Positions 18,085 to 28,137 of a stretch of 64,000 nucleotides of DNA are shown here, in pieces; position 1 is the stretch's first letter; every line of letters starts with the position of its first letter. This DNA comes from Planctomycetota bacterium (lineage in GTDB: Bacteria > Planctomycetota > Brocadiia > JAADGH01): contig JBFMAD010000040.1 in assembly GCA_040755855.1 (NCBI GenBank), positions 999-64,998 on the forward strand. The letters run 5' to 3'. The notes under the pieces were generated by a model. It searched no databases. It was not told the DNA's origin and saw only the letters and a program-made list of their open reading frames with translations. The position numbers and the translations under genes were made by a program.

Positions 18085-20874
18085 ATGAGACGCCTCGTCA
18101 TTCTGTCGCTCTTAACGGTCTGCTGTGCTCCCGCCTCGGCTATCGAGCAAGTGGATGTCGCTAAGTGGTATGATTTCCAACTCACTCCCTCGGCTCCCAA
18201 ACAGTTCGGCGGCCCCTTCCGATGCGACGCCGCCGCCTTCTATCTCGTCCACCACGGCGGCCCGATGGAGATCACGCTGCGGCTCGAGCGGACCGAGCCG
18301 GACCCGATGGACGCACGCCTCGTCCGGCTCTTCGACCCGGACGAAAGGCTCCTCGAATGGCATTACAAGACCCACTGGAACACGGAGCCGCACGGGGAGA
18401 CTTTTGTCTTCAAGGCGCCCGACGGCAAACCCGGCATCTACATCCTCCGCGTCGTGACGCGGGGCAAGGTGCTGGTCCATCTCAAGACCGAGCCGCTCGT
18501 TTCCTTCGGCATCTTCCCCATGCGCACGCTGCTCTACGCGACGGCGCCAGATCAATTCAAGGAGTGTTATGTCTATGTCCCGCCGCGCGCGGAGAAGTTC
18601 GTCCTCGACGCATACGGGGCGGTGAATGTCTCCCTGACCGACGAGAAGGGCCAGGCCCTCGCGACCCTCGACAAGACCGGAAAGAAGGAGATTGACGTCG
18701 CCCGCACACAGGTTGTCTGGAAGCTGAGCGCGAGACTCGACGGCGCGGAGTCGCGCCTGCGGCACCGCGGCTTTCCGATGATCCTCTGCCCCGACGAGGC
18801 GACGGCGCGGAACATCCGCGGCAGCGTCGAGTTCGCCCCCGATGGGACGCTGCTCCACCACAAGTGCCAGCTCGCCATGTGGAAGTGGATGCGGACGCTG
18901 AAGCCGGAGGACCTCGCCATCGAGCCGCGCTCCCTCGCCGACTTAGAGGCGGAATGGCTGAAGCCGCCCGCGCCGCCGAAGACCTTTCTCCTCGGCTCCT
19001 ATGGCGTCATGTCGCACATGGCCTATCTCGTCAAGTGCCAGAACCTGAACCCGCAGAGCATCTGGTTCGGCAGCCTCCAACAATGGAAAGAATACGAACC
19101 GAAGGGCGACGCCGGCCGATGGGACCGCGAGGCGGTCTTCAATAAGCACACAGTCAGCAGCGAAGGCTGGCCCAGCCCAATGGCCGTCGGCTACTGGCTG
19201 GATAAGCCATTCAATCCCTATCGCAAAGACGAAAAACTGCGCAACCGCATCGCCCTTGCCGCATTCGCCGACCTCTTCAAGGTTCACGAGGACGGCACGT
19301 TGAAGAACGGGAGCGACAGCGACATGGACCCCTATTCCTCCTCAACCGGATTCCCCTTTTGGCACAGCTATACCGTGCCGTACGGCCTCGCGGCGAAGGA
19401 CATGCCGAAGGACGCCCACGCGATGTGGACCGACGGCCTCCGCCTCATGGCCGACCGATATCCCTTCCATCGCGTGAGCTGCGAGAACCAGTCGTCGCAC
19501 TGGCCGATCGGGCAGTACCTCATCTACCTGGGCAGCGGCGTCGAGGGATACAAGGAGATGGCGCACGACTTCATCGTCGGCATGAGCGACCCGAAGTATA
19601 ACCCCTTCATGAAGACCGGCTACCAGCAGGAGGCCTACGGTCCCGACTGCACCTACCAGGGACTTGGGACATGCCTGCAGGCGGCTTACTACCGATACTC
19701 GCGCGACCCGGCGGCAAAGGAGGGGCTGCGGATCATCTACGATTTTTTCAACCACACCGTCGCCCCCGAACCGGACGGCTACATATGGGGCGCGAATAAC
19801 TTTGCCCATCGAACGAAGCACGGCTGGCAGCACCCGCAGTACGGCGCGGGCCTGCTCCCGATGGCCAGCGAACTGCCCGAGGCGGGAGTGTGGAAGAAGG
19901 GCCAGGATATTGACAACCCGGAGTTAGTCAAGAAATCCGAAGAGACCATCAGCAAATGGGTCCATAGGACGTTTGACGACGAGTGGTATAAGAACCACAG
20001 CGCGGGCGGGGTCTCCTCCGGACCGTTCTTCTGCTACCTCTTCTATCCTGAACGCATTCTCGAAGGCAAGCTCCCCGTCATGCAGTCGGACCGGTTCGAC
20101 AAAAACTTCAACGACGAGTTCATCGCGATCCGCCATCCGACGTATTACGCGCTAACGTATGTCGGCCGCACGGCGGGAGAGTGGACGAAGTCGCGGCACA
20201 AGCCGGCCCGCGACGCGATGCTCCAGCGATCGGGCGGGGGACTCTCTATCTTCTGGACTCCGGCCTACGGCAACGGCATCCTGTCCATGAACTACAGCGC
20301 CCTGGCGAACCACATGGTCCGGGCCGATCTGCCGGGCGAGGTGGAGTGGACCTATCGAGATGCGAAAGGCGTCTCGCCCAAGTGCTCCTGGCCGGACTAT
20401 TTCACCCTCGAACACACCTACGACCCGGCGACGCACACCCTCGTCGCCGCGTCCCGGATGGTGGACCTGCCCATCGCGCTGAAGCGGACGACGGTCTACG
20501 AGGAGGACGGCGTGCGGCAGGTCTCGGAACTGATCTTCGAGGGCGACGTGCGCGTCCTGCGGCTTGTGGAAAACATCCCATTGCTCCTGAACAAGGAGGG
20601 CCTGTGCTTTCGGTTCCAGCACGGCGACGGCTTATGGAAGGACCAGCCCGGCCCGAACTGCACGGCGGCATGGGTGGGCGACGGCAAGGGCGACGGCGTA
20701 CTCTTCACCTTTGATCGGCCCGTGACGCTGGCCCTCGGTCCCGATGCGGACCAGAAGTGGTACAGCGAGACGCAGAAGATGAAACCGATGGAGGTGGACC
20801 TGGGACCCGAGCATCGGAAGGGCGAACACATAATCCTGACATACCGCATATCGGCGGCGAAACAACCGGAGTGA
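18085..20874 (+). CDS. Large secreted hypothetical protein (929 aa)
   Basis: Signal peptide MRRLVILSLLTVCCAPASA. Long uninterrupted ORF with codon usage like its neighbours. I recognise no family. Confidence 0.75.
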   Translation: MRRLVILSLLTVCCAPASAIEQVDVAKWYDFQLTPSAPKQFGGPFRCDAAAFYLVHHGGPMEITLRLERTEPDPMDARLVRLFDPDERLLEWHYKTHWNTEPHGETFVFKAPDGKPGIYILRVVTRGKVLVHLKTEPLVSFGIFPMRTLLYATAPDQFKECYVYVPPRAEKFVLDAYGAVNVSLTDEKGQALATLDKTGKKEIDVARTQVVWKLSARLDGAESRLRHRGFPMILCPDEATARNIRGSVEFAPDGTLLHHKCQLAMWKWMRTLKPEDLAIEPRSLADLEAEWLKPPAPPKTFLLGSYGVMSHMAYLVKCQNLNPQSIWFGSLQQWKEYEPKGDAGRWDREAVFNKHTVSSEGWPSPMAVGYWLDKPFNPYRKDEKLRNRIALAAFADLFKVHEDGTLKNGSDSDMDPYSSSTGFPFWHSYTVPYGLAAKDMPKDAHAMWTDGLRLMADRYPFHRVSCENQSSHWPIGQYLIYLGSGVEGYKEMAHDFIVGMSDPKYNPFMKTGYQQEAYGPDCTYQGLGTCLQAAYYRYSRDPAAKEGLRIIYDFFNHTVAPEPDGYIWGANNFAHRTKHGWQHPQYGAGLLPMASELPEAGVWKKGQDIDNPELVKKSEETISKWVHRTFDDEWYKNHSAGGVSSGPFFCYLFYPERILEGKLPVMQSDRFDKNFNDEFIAIRHPTYYALTYVGRTAGEWTKSRHKPARDAMLQRSGGGLSIFWTPAYGNGILSMNYSALANHMVRADLPGEVEWTYRDAKGVSPKCSWPDYFTLEHTYDPATHTLVAASRMVDLPIALKRTTVYEEDGVRQVSELIFEGDVRVLRLVENIPLLLNKEGLCFRFQHGDGLWKDQPGPNCTAAWVGDGKGDGVLFTFDRPVTLALGPDADQKWYSETQKMKPMEVDLGPEHRKGEHIILTYRISAAKQPE

Positions 20875-20960
20875 TGGAATATTGGAAGAATGGAAGGATG
20901 AAAGACTGGATGGTTGGGTCGGAGGGGAAGCCTTCTTGCCCCATTCTTCCACTATTCCAT
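20874..20960. repeat. Imperfect inverted repeat: 20-nt arms matching 19/20, with a 47-nt spacer
   Basis: Left arm atggaatattggaagaatgg (20874-20893). The right arm ccattcttccactattccat (20941-20960) has reverse complement atggaatagtggaagaatgg. Additional GGAAGAATGG-type words lie around it. Confidence 0.8.
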
Positions 20961-20997
20961 TCTTCCATCCCTTTCCCCAACCCAAGGAGAGACTCAC

Positions 20998-22410
20998 ATG
21001 GCGACAGAACAGGGCCCGAAACTGAGAACCAACGTCATCTTCATCCTTACCGACGACCAGGGCCCCTGGGCCGCGGGGTGCTACGGCAACCCGGAGATAC
21101 GAACCCCTAACATTGACCGCCTCGCCGTGACGGGCATGCGCTTCCAGAACTTCTTTGTCGCCACCCCCGTCTGCTCGCCGAGCCGGGCCACGTATATGAC
21201 GGGCCGCATCCCCTCCCAGCACGGCGTGCACGACTATATATCGGGAAGCAGAGACGTGCCCAAGGGCTGGCTGCGCGGGCCGAACACCGGCCCCGGGGCT
21301 ATTCGATACCTCGAAGGGCAAACCACCTACACGGAGGTCATGGCGCGCAACGGCTGGACGTGCGCCCTCTCCGGCAAGTGGCACCTCGGCGATACACAGA
21401 TTCCCCATGCCGGCTTCACCCACTGGCTCTGCCATCAAGGGGGCGGCGGGCCGTACAACAACGCCCCCCTCGTCCGCGACGGGCAGCTCGTGGATGAGCC
21501 GGGCTATGTGACCGACGTCTTCACGGACGAGGCGGTCATGCTCATCGAGAAATACGCAGATGCGAAAATTCCCTTCTACCTCAGCGTCCACTACACCGCC
21601 CCGCACAGCCCATGGACCGGCCATCCGCAGGACATTGTGGACTCCTACGACGACTGCCCCTTCGCGTCGTGCCCCCAGGAGCCGGTCCACCCCTGGGCCG
21701 CCAACCAGGGCCTGACCAAGGGCTGCCTCGGCAACCGCGAGATGCTGAAGGGCTACTTCGCCGCCGTCACGGCCATGGACATAGGCGTGGGCAAGATCAT
21801 AGACAAGATCGAGGCGCGCGGCCTGCGCGAAAACACGCTCATCGTCTTCTGCAGCGACAACGGCTTCTCATGCGGCCACCACGGCTTCTGGGGCAAGGGC
21901 AACGGCACGATGCCGCGAAATATGTTCGAGAACTCGGTCAAGGTCCCCGCCGTCTTCAGCCATCCGGGTGTTATCCCGCAGGGAAAGGTGGAGGAGGCGA
22001 TGGTCTCGGCCTATGACATCATGCCGACGCTGCTGGACTACGTCGGCCTGCCGACGCCGGGCGACATTCCGCTGCCGGGGTCCTCCTTCGTGCCCCTCCT
22101 GCGTGGGGAGAACATGAAGGAGCGCGAGAGCGTCGTCATCTTCGACGAGTACGGCCCCGTGCGGATGGTGCGGACGAAGGAGTGGAAGTATGTCTATCGC
22201 CACGCCCACGGCCCGCACGAGCTGTATGACATGGTGAACGATCCCGACGAGCGCCGCAACCTCGTTGACGATCCCGGCCAGGCGCAGCGGATCAAGGAAC
22301 TAAGGGCCGTCATGGACGAGTGGTTCACGAAATACGTGATCCCGGAGCGCGATGGCCTCCGCCGCGCTGGTGATGTGATGGGCCAGTCGGACTATATTCC
22401 CCTGCGATAA
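20998..22410 (+). CDS. Formylglycine-dependent sulfatase (arylsulfatase family)
   Basis: NVIFILTDDQGPW and the CSPSRATYMTGR (CxPxR) signature. AAGGAGAG SD precedes the ATG at 20998. No obvious signal peptide. Confidence 0.9.
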   Translation: MATEQGPKLRTNVIFILTDDQGPWAAGCYGNPEIRTPNIDRLAVTGMRFQNFFVATPVCSPSRATYMTGRIPSQHGVHDYISGSRDVPKGWLRGPNTGPGAIRYLEGQTTYTEVMARNGWTCALSGKWHLGDTQIPHAGFTHWLCHQGGGGPYNNAPLVRDGQLVDEPGYVTDVFTDEAVMLIEKYADAKIPFYLSVHYTAPHSPWTGHPQDIVDSYDDCPFASCPQEPVHPWAANQGLTKGCLGNREMLKGYFAAVTAMDIGVGKIIDKIEARGLRENTLIVFCSDNGFSCGHHGFWGKGNGTMPRNMFENSVKVPAVFSHPGVIPQGKVEEAMVSAYDIMPTLLDYVGLPTPGDIPLPGSSFVPLLRGENMKERESVVIFDEYGPVRMVRTKEWKYVYRHAHGPHELYDMVNDPDERRNLVDDPGQAQRIKELRAVMDEWFTKYVIPERDGLRRAGDVMGQSDYIPLR

Positions 22411-22600
22411 GTAATCCTCACAAAGATTTGAAACATCCGGGAGGATGGAACCGAAAACGAAACGGGTTTCTCTTTGAAGCGAGTGCGGTAAAATTCTTGA
22501 CAAGAAAGGCGCAAAAACCTGGACGTTGCCGTCCATAAGCGCTATAATAAAGGAAGTCTCTGGAACGTCTCGCTCTCGTTGACATATAAATGTTGGCATC

Positions 22601-24214
22601 ATGCAAATGAAGAGAGCGCTGCCTGCCTATTGGATCTTGATGGCGGCCTTGAGCGCCCCTGGCGTGGAGCCAGGGATCATACAACCGTTTGAGCAAGAGG
22701 CCAAGTTCATATCGGCGAATCCCATTGACGACCATGTGCTGACCTTGTTGCGGAAGCGAGGCATCGAGCCGGCAAACCCCTGTTCCGACGCCGTTTTCTT
22801 CCGGCGCGTGCATCTCGATGTCATCGGCACGCTGCCGGAGCCGAAGGCAGTGGTCGCGTTTCTGCAGGACCGCAACCCTAACAAACGCGCGACGGTGATT
22901 AACGACCTTCTTAAACGGAACGAATTCGCCGACTACTGGTCAATGAAGTGGTGCGACCTCCTGCGGGTCAAGGCGGAGTTTCCGATCAACCTGTGGCCCA
23001 ACGCGGTGCAGGCATATCATCGCTGGATTCACGACCAGATCCGGGAGAATTGTCCTTACGACCAATTTGCCCGGGATCTCCTGACATCGAGCGGCAGCAA
23101 CTTCCGCGTGCCGCCAGTCAACTTCTACCGCGCCGTTCAGCGACGGGAACCCGACGCCATCGCCGAGGCCGTGGCCTTGACGTTCATGGGCACGCGCGTC
23201 TCAAGCTGGCCGGAGGCCCGACGCGCGGGGATGGCGGCCTTCTTTACCCGAATTGCCTATAAAGGCACCGCCGAGTGGAAGGAAGAAATCGTCTGTCTGA
23301 ATCCTGCGCCGTCCGATTCGCTGAAGGCCGTTTTCCCGGACGGAACGTCCGTTCAGATCGCGCCCGGCGAGGACCCGCGCAAGGTCTTTGCCGATTGGCT
23401 CATCACGCCCACCAACCCGTGGTTTGCCCGCAATATCGTGAACCGCGTGTGGGCCTGGCTGATGGGTCGCGGCATCACCCACGAGCCGGACGACATCCAG
23501 CCGGATAATCCTCCCGTCAATCCCGAGCTGCTGGCCTACCTGGAGAAGGAACTGGTGAACGCCAAGTATGATCTGCGGCACATCTACCGGCTGATCCTCA
23601 ACTCCCGCACCTATCAGCAGTCGCCGATCCCACGCAGCAACGATCCGCAGGCCGAGGCCATGTTCGCCTGTTACCCCGTGCGCCAACTGGACGCGGAGGT
23701 GCTGATTGACGCATTAAATTGGATCAGCGGGACCGGGGAGGGCTATTCGAGCATGATCCCGGAGCCGTTTACGTTCATTCCGGAGAGCCAGCCGTCTATC
23801 TCGCTGGCCGACGGCAGCATCACCAGTCAGTTCCTCGAAATGTTCGGTCGCCCGCCCCGCGATACGGGCCTCGAATCCGAACGCGCCTGCAAGCCCACGG
23901 CGAAGCAGCGGCTGCACCTGCTGAACGCGACCCATGTGCAGGAGAAACTCCAGCGCAGCCGACGGCTGACCGGTTTGGTGCAAGCAGTCGAGGGCAAGTG
24001 GAAGGGGAAAGGGAAAGGCAATGACAAGGCCAATCATAAAGGCAAGAACCTCGGCATTATTCGATGGATATATCTTACGATTCTGTCGCGCGACCCGATG
24101 CCGGCGGAACTGACCGCCGCGGAGAATTACTTCAAGACCGGCGGATTGAAGCAGGGCGCGGAAGACCTGGCCTGGGCGTTGATCAATACCAAGGAATTTC
24201 TGTACCGGCATTGA
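22601..24214 (+). CDS. DUF1549/DUF1553 domain protein
   Basis: FFRRVHLDVIGTLPEPKAVVAFLQD...FADYWSMKWCDLLR is DUF1549-like. FGRPPRDTGLESERACKPTAKQRLHLLNA is DUF1553-like. Signal-like N-terminus. Confidence 0.85.
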   Translation: MQMKRALPAYWILMAALSAPGVEPGIIQPFEQEAKFISANPIDDHVLTLLRKRGIEPANPCSDAVFFRRVHLDVIGTLPEPKAVVAFLQDRNPNKRATVINDLLKRNEFADYWSMKWCDLLRVKAEFPINLWPNAVQAYHRWIHDQIRENCPYDQFARDLLTSSGSNFRVPPVNFYRAVQRREPDAIAEAVALTFMGTRVSSWPEARRAGMAAFFTRIAYKGTAEWKEEIVCLNPAPSDSLKAVFPDGTSVQIAPGEDPRKVFADWLITPTNPWFARNIVNRVWAWLMGRGITHEPDDIQPDNPPVNPELLAYLEKELVNAKYDLRHIYRLILNSRTYQQSPIPRSNDPQAEAMFACYPVRQLDAEVLIDALNWISGTGEGYSSMIPEPFTFIPESQPSISLADGSITSQFLEMFGRPPRDTGLESERACKPTAKQRLHLLNATHVQEKLQRSRRLTGLVQAVEGKWKGKGKGNDKANHKGKNLGIIRWIYLTILSRDPMPAELTAAENYFKTGGLKQGAEDLAWALINTKEFLYRH

Positions 24215-24254
24215 GCCGGCAGGCGATTGTTGGACCCAAAGGGAGGAAACCGAC

Positions 24255-25586
24255 ATGAATTCCCAATCACGAAGAAACGGCGTCTCGCGGCGCGATGCCT
24301 TGAAGACCATGCTTGCCGGGGCGACCGGCCTGGCGCTGGCCGATCGCTTGTGCGGAATGGCGTCGGCCGCGGCCAAACCGGCCACGGCGAAGGCGGTCAT
24401 CCAAATCTGGATGTGGGGCGGCCCGGCCCACACCGACACCTTCGATCCCAAGCCGAAGGCGGGCTACGACTATTGCGGCCCCCTCGACAAAGTGATCCCC
24501 ACCAACGTGGATGGGATACAGATCAGCGACCAATTGCCCCTCCTGGCGCAGCAGGCCGACAAGTATGCCATCATCCGCGGCATGACCCACGGCAACAACG
24601 GGCATGAAACGGCGTCCTACATGGTTCAGACGGGCCGCAAGCCCAGCAGGCTGGTCTTTCCCTGTGCAGGGGCCGTCGTGGCGCTCTTCAAGGGTTACGA
24701 GCACGGATATAAAGGGCTGGTCCCGCCCTATGTCGTGCTGACTGATCCGCAGGGACGATTCTCCGAGGCGGGGTTTCTGGGGGAGCAATATAAACCATTC
24801 GCCACAGGCGGCGACCCCGCCAAGAACCCATTCGCTGTGGAAGGGATCGTCGCGCGCGGGCTTTCCGACGAGCGCCAGGAAAAGAGGCGCCATTTGCTTC
24901 AGGAGATTGATTCGCTGGGAAAGGCCATGCCGACCAACGCACAATTCAAAGAGTTCAGCCGATGCGAGAAAGAGGCTTACGACATGATGCTCGGCTGTCG
25001 CGAGATTTTTGATCTGGCGAAGGAGAAGGATGACCTCCGGGAGCGGTACGGCCGCAACACCTTTGGACAATCCTGCCTGATGGCGCGCCGTCTGGTCGAA
25101 CAGGGCGTTCCGTACGTGACCATCAACTACAAGGGGTGGGACACCCACAAACAACACTTCGAGATCATGCGACGCAAGCTGCCGGAAATGGACCAGGGCA
25201 TGGCCACGTTGCTGCAGGACCTTGCCGACCGCGGCCTCTTAGACAGCACTATTGTTTGGTGGAGCGGCGAGTTCGGCCGGACCCCGAAAGTGCAGTGGGA
25301 ACCGCCCTGGAACGGCGGCCGGAACCACTATGGCAAGTGCTTCTGCGCCATCCTCGCCGGCGGCGGGTTCAAGGGGGGGCGCGTGGTCGGCGCATCGAAC
25401 GAAAAAGGCGAGGAAGTGGCCGAACGGCCCGTCTATCCGCTGGACCTGATCGGCAGCATGTACGACCTGCTTGGCATAGATGCCGGCGGCACGCTGCCTA
25501 ATCCCCGCGCCCTGGACGTGACTGTTCTACCTTCGGACGACAAGGAAGGCGAGGAGAGCGGTGGGCGACTCAAAGAGATCATGTAG
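24255..25586 (+). CDS. DUF1501 (sulfatase-fold) protein with a Tat-like signal
   Basis: SRRDALKTMLAGATGLALA is twin-arginine-like, and WWSGEFGRTPKV is a typical DUF1501 block. Confidence 0.85.
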   Translation: MNSQSRRNGVSRRDALKTMLAGATGLALADRLCGMASAAAKPATAKAVIQIWMWGGPAHTDTFDPKPKAGYDYCGPLDKVIPTNVDGIQISDQLPLLAQQADKYAIIRGMTHGNNGHETASYMVQTGRKPSRLVFPCAGAVVALFKGYEHGYKGLVPPYVVLTDPQGRFSEAGFLGEQYKPFATGGDPAKNPFAVEGIVARGLSDERQEKRRHLLQEIDSLGKAMPTNAQFKEFSRCEKEAYDMMLGCREIFDLAKEKDDLRERYGRNTFGQSCLMARRLVEQGVPYVTINYKGWDTHKQHFEIMRRKLPEMDQGMATLLQDLADRGLLDSTIVWWSGEFGRTPKVQWEPPWNGGRNHYGKCFCAILAGGGFKGGRVVGASNEKGEEVAERPVYPLDLIGSMYDLLGIDAGGTLPNPRALDVTVLPSDDKEGEESGGRLKEIM

Positions 25587-25601
25587 TTCCGGAAGCATGC
25601 C

Positions 25602-28004
25602 ATGAGAACCACCAGATACCTATCGCTCCTGGCGTTGGCTATGTGCATCGCGACGGCATGGGGGCAGCAGGCGCAGAAAGCGCCGCACATCGCGTATCTC
25701 TACCCCGGTGGAGGACGGCAGGGGACCGTATTCGAGGTCACCGTCGGCGGCCAGTTGCTTCGAGGCGCCTCCGATGTCCATGTCACTGGCGAAGGTATAC
25801 GCGTCAATGTGATCGAGTATTACAGGCCCATCCGAAATCTTCAACAAGATCAGCGCCAGGAACTTATGCGGCGGCTGAAGGCGGCGCGGGACAAGCGAAT
25901 CGCCGAATTGCCCCCCGAAAAAGTAAATCGCCGCGCCCTTATGTTCCCTGGAGAAAAATTCTCCGAAATGGATATGACCATGCAGGCGCAAAAGGACGAT
26001 GAGCCGATGGTGCCTGCGGTGGAGCTGCCGGGCCATCCCCTGCTGCGAAATCTGGAAAGCAAGGGCCTGAGAGAACTCTGGCATATAGCCGATCTCTTCC
26101 TCAACTACAAGCACCTGCAAAGGATGCAACTCAACACGCAGCTGGCCGAGCTCCTGCTGATTGAGGTCACCATTGACCCCAACGCCGCCCCGGGCGACCG
26201 AGAACTCCGGCTCATAACCCCCCTCGGCCTGACCAATCCCATGTGCTTCCAGGTGGGAACACTGCCCGAGGTCAACGAAAAGGAGCCCAACGAGCCGCGC
26301 ATCTTCGACCCACTCCCGAAAGACCCGCCCCTCGACCTGCCTGTCGTGCTGAACGGGCAGATCACGCCCGGAGACCTCGACCGGTTCCGCTTCCGAGCCA
26401 AGCGAGGCCAGCAGTTGGTGATCGAGACGTTTGCCCAGCACCTCGTTCCGTTCCTGGCCGACGCCGTGCCCGGATGGTTTCAGGCTACCGTGGCCCTGTA
26501 CGATGCGAAGGGCCGCGAAGTGGCCTTCGCCGACGACTACCGTTTTCGTCCCGACCCGGTCCTCCACTATGAAATCCCTGAAGACGGCGAATACGAACTG
26601 GAAATCCGCGATTCCATCTATCGCGGGAGGGAGGATTTCGTCTACCGCGTCGCCGTGGGAGAACTCCCCTTCATCACGCAGATGTTTCCGCTCGGTGGAC
26701 AGACGGGCGCCGCAACCATCGCCTCTATTGACGGCTGGCATCTCCCCAGCAAGCAATTGCCGCTGGACACCCAGCCCGGCGGCGAATCCATCCGGCAGAC
26801 CGCCCTCCGGCAGGGCGGTTCCGTGTCCAACGATGTGGTCTATGCCGTGGATGCGCTGCCGGAGTGCTACGAGACCGAACCGAACGACGATGTGAAAAGC
26901 GCCCAGCGGATCGCCCTGCCGGCGATCGTCAACGGCCGGATCATCCGGCCCGGCGACGTGGACGTGTTTCAGTTCCAGGGCCGCGCCGGCGGCGAGGTGG
27001 TCGCCGAAGTGCATGCCCGACGGCTCTACTCCCCGTTGGATTCCCTCCTGCGGCTGACCGACGCATCGGGGACCGTGCTGGCATGGAATGACGACCTCAT
27101 GCAAAAGGACGGCGACCTGCACAGAGACATGGGGCTGCTCACCCACCACGCCGATTCCTATCTGACGGCGCGGCTGCCCAAGGACGGGACCTACTATGTC
27201 CACCTGACCGACGCGCAGAACCATGGCGACGGCGCGTATGGCTATCGCCTGCGCATATCTCCTCCGCAGCCCGACTTCGCGTTGCGCATGACCCCGTCCA
27301 GCCTGAGTGTTCTCGCCGGGCGTGTGGTTCCCATCACGGTGCACACGCTGCGGAAGGACGGTTTTGCGGGCGATATTGATGTGGCGTTGAAGGACCCTTC
27401 CAGTGGTTTCACGCTCAGCGGCGGGCGAATCCCCTCAGGCCGCGACCGCATCAGCATGACCCTCACGGCGCCCGGCGCACCCTCGAAGCGACCCGTTCCC
27501 CTGCATTTGGAAGGCCGCGCCCAGATCGGCGGGCAACCGATTAGCCGACCGGTCGTTCCCTCCGAGGACGTCATGCAGGCGTTCCTCTACCGGCATCTTG
27601 TGCCGTCGGAGAACCTCCTGATCGCCGTTATCAAATCACAATGGAAGCCCCCAGCCCTCGAGCGAGTCGGCAGCGGTCCGGTGCGTGTCCCTGCAGGCGG
27701 GACGGCCGAGGTGCGGGTCAGGAGCACCTCCTACCTGAGACCGCCCAGGCTACAGCTTCACCTCATCGGACCGCCCGAGGGCGTGAGCATCCAGGATGTC
27801 AGGGCCATACCGGAGGGGATGGCATTCCACCTGAAAGTCGAAGGCCCCGCCGCAAAAGCCGGATTTGCCGATAACCTGATCGTCGAGGCGATTACGGATT
27901 ACGCGAACAAGAAGAAAGTCCAAAAAGGCGGCAAGACACCGCAGAAACAGCACGCCTCGATCGGCGTCCTACCGGCCATTCCCTTTGAGGTCGTCCAGCC
28001 GTAG
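25602..28004 (+). CDS. Secreted protein with pre-peptidase C-terminal (PPC)-like beta-sandwich repeats
   Basis: Signal MRTTRYLSLLALAMCIATAWG. It contains a repeated 'NG-I--PGD-D-F-F-' block (NGQITPGDLDRFRFRAKRGQQLV and NGRIIRPGDVDVFQFQGRAGGEVV). Starts 15 nt after the DUF1501 stop. Confidence 0.75.
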   Translation: MRTTRYLSLLALAMCIATAWGQQAQKAPHIAYLYPGGGRQGTVFEVTVGGQLLRGASDVHVTGEGIRVNVIEYYRPIRNLQQDQRQELMRRLKAARDKRIAELPPEKVNRRALMFPGEKFSEMDMTMQAQKDDEPMVPAVELPGHPLLRNLESKGLRELWHIADLFLNYKHLQRMQLNTQLAELLLIEVTIDPNAAPGDRELRLITPLGLTNPMCFQVGTLPEVNEKEPNEPRIFDPLPKDPPLDLPVVLNGQITPGDLDRFRFRAKRGQQLVIETFAQHLVPFLADAVPGWFQATVALYDAKGREVAFADDYRFRPDPVLHYEIPEDGEYELEIRDSIYRGREDFVYRVAVGELPFITQMFPLGGQTGAATIASIDGWHLPSKQLPLDTQPGGESIRQTALRQGGSVSNDVVYAVDALPECYETEPNDDVKSAQRIALPAIVNGRIIRPGDVDVFQFQGRAGGEVVAEVHARRLYSPLDSLLRLTDASGTVLAWNDDLMQKDGDLHRDMGLLTHHADSYLTARLPKDGTYYVHLTDAQNHGDGAYGYRLRISPPQPDFALRMTPSSLSVLAGRVVPITVHTLRKDGFAGDIDVALKDPSSGFTLSGGRIPSGRDRISMTLTAPGAPSKRPVPLHLEGRAQIGGQPISRPVVPSEDVMQAFLYRHLVPSENLLIAVIKSQWKPPALERVGSGPVRVPAGGTAEVRVRSTSYLRPPRLQLHLIGPPEGVSIQDVRAIPEGMAFHLKVEGPAAKAGFADNLIVEAITDYANKKKVQKGGKTPQKQHASIGVLPAIPFEVVQP

Positions 28005-28137
28005 GATTGGGTCGGCAATCGGCGTACGCCCATACTCCCATCCATAGTGGACCACGACGGGATAATCGTGCTTGACCGCCGTTCCCACTGGTGATACCCT
28101 TCAGTGGCTCAGTCCATTCACAGAAAAGGAGAGGTCC

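Noticed and set aside
25620-27344. 574-aa minus-strand ORF
   Set aside because: It is antisense to the PPC-repeat gene, which has a signal peptide and operon context, and its composition is shadow-like.
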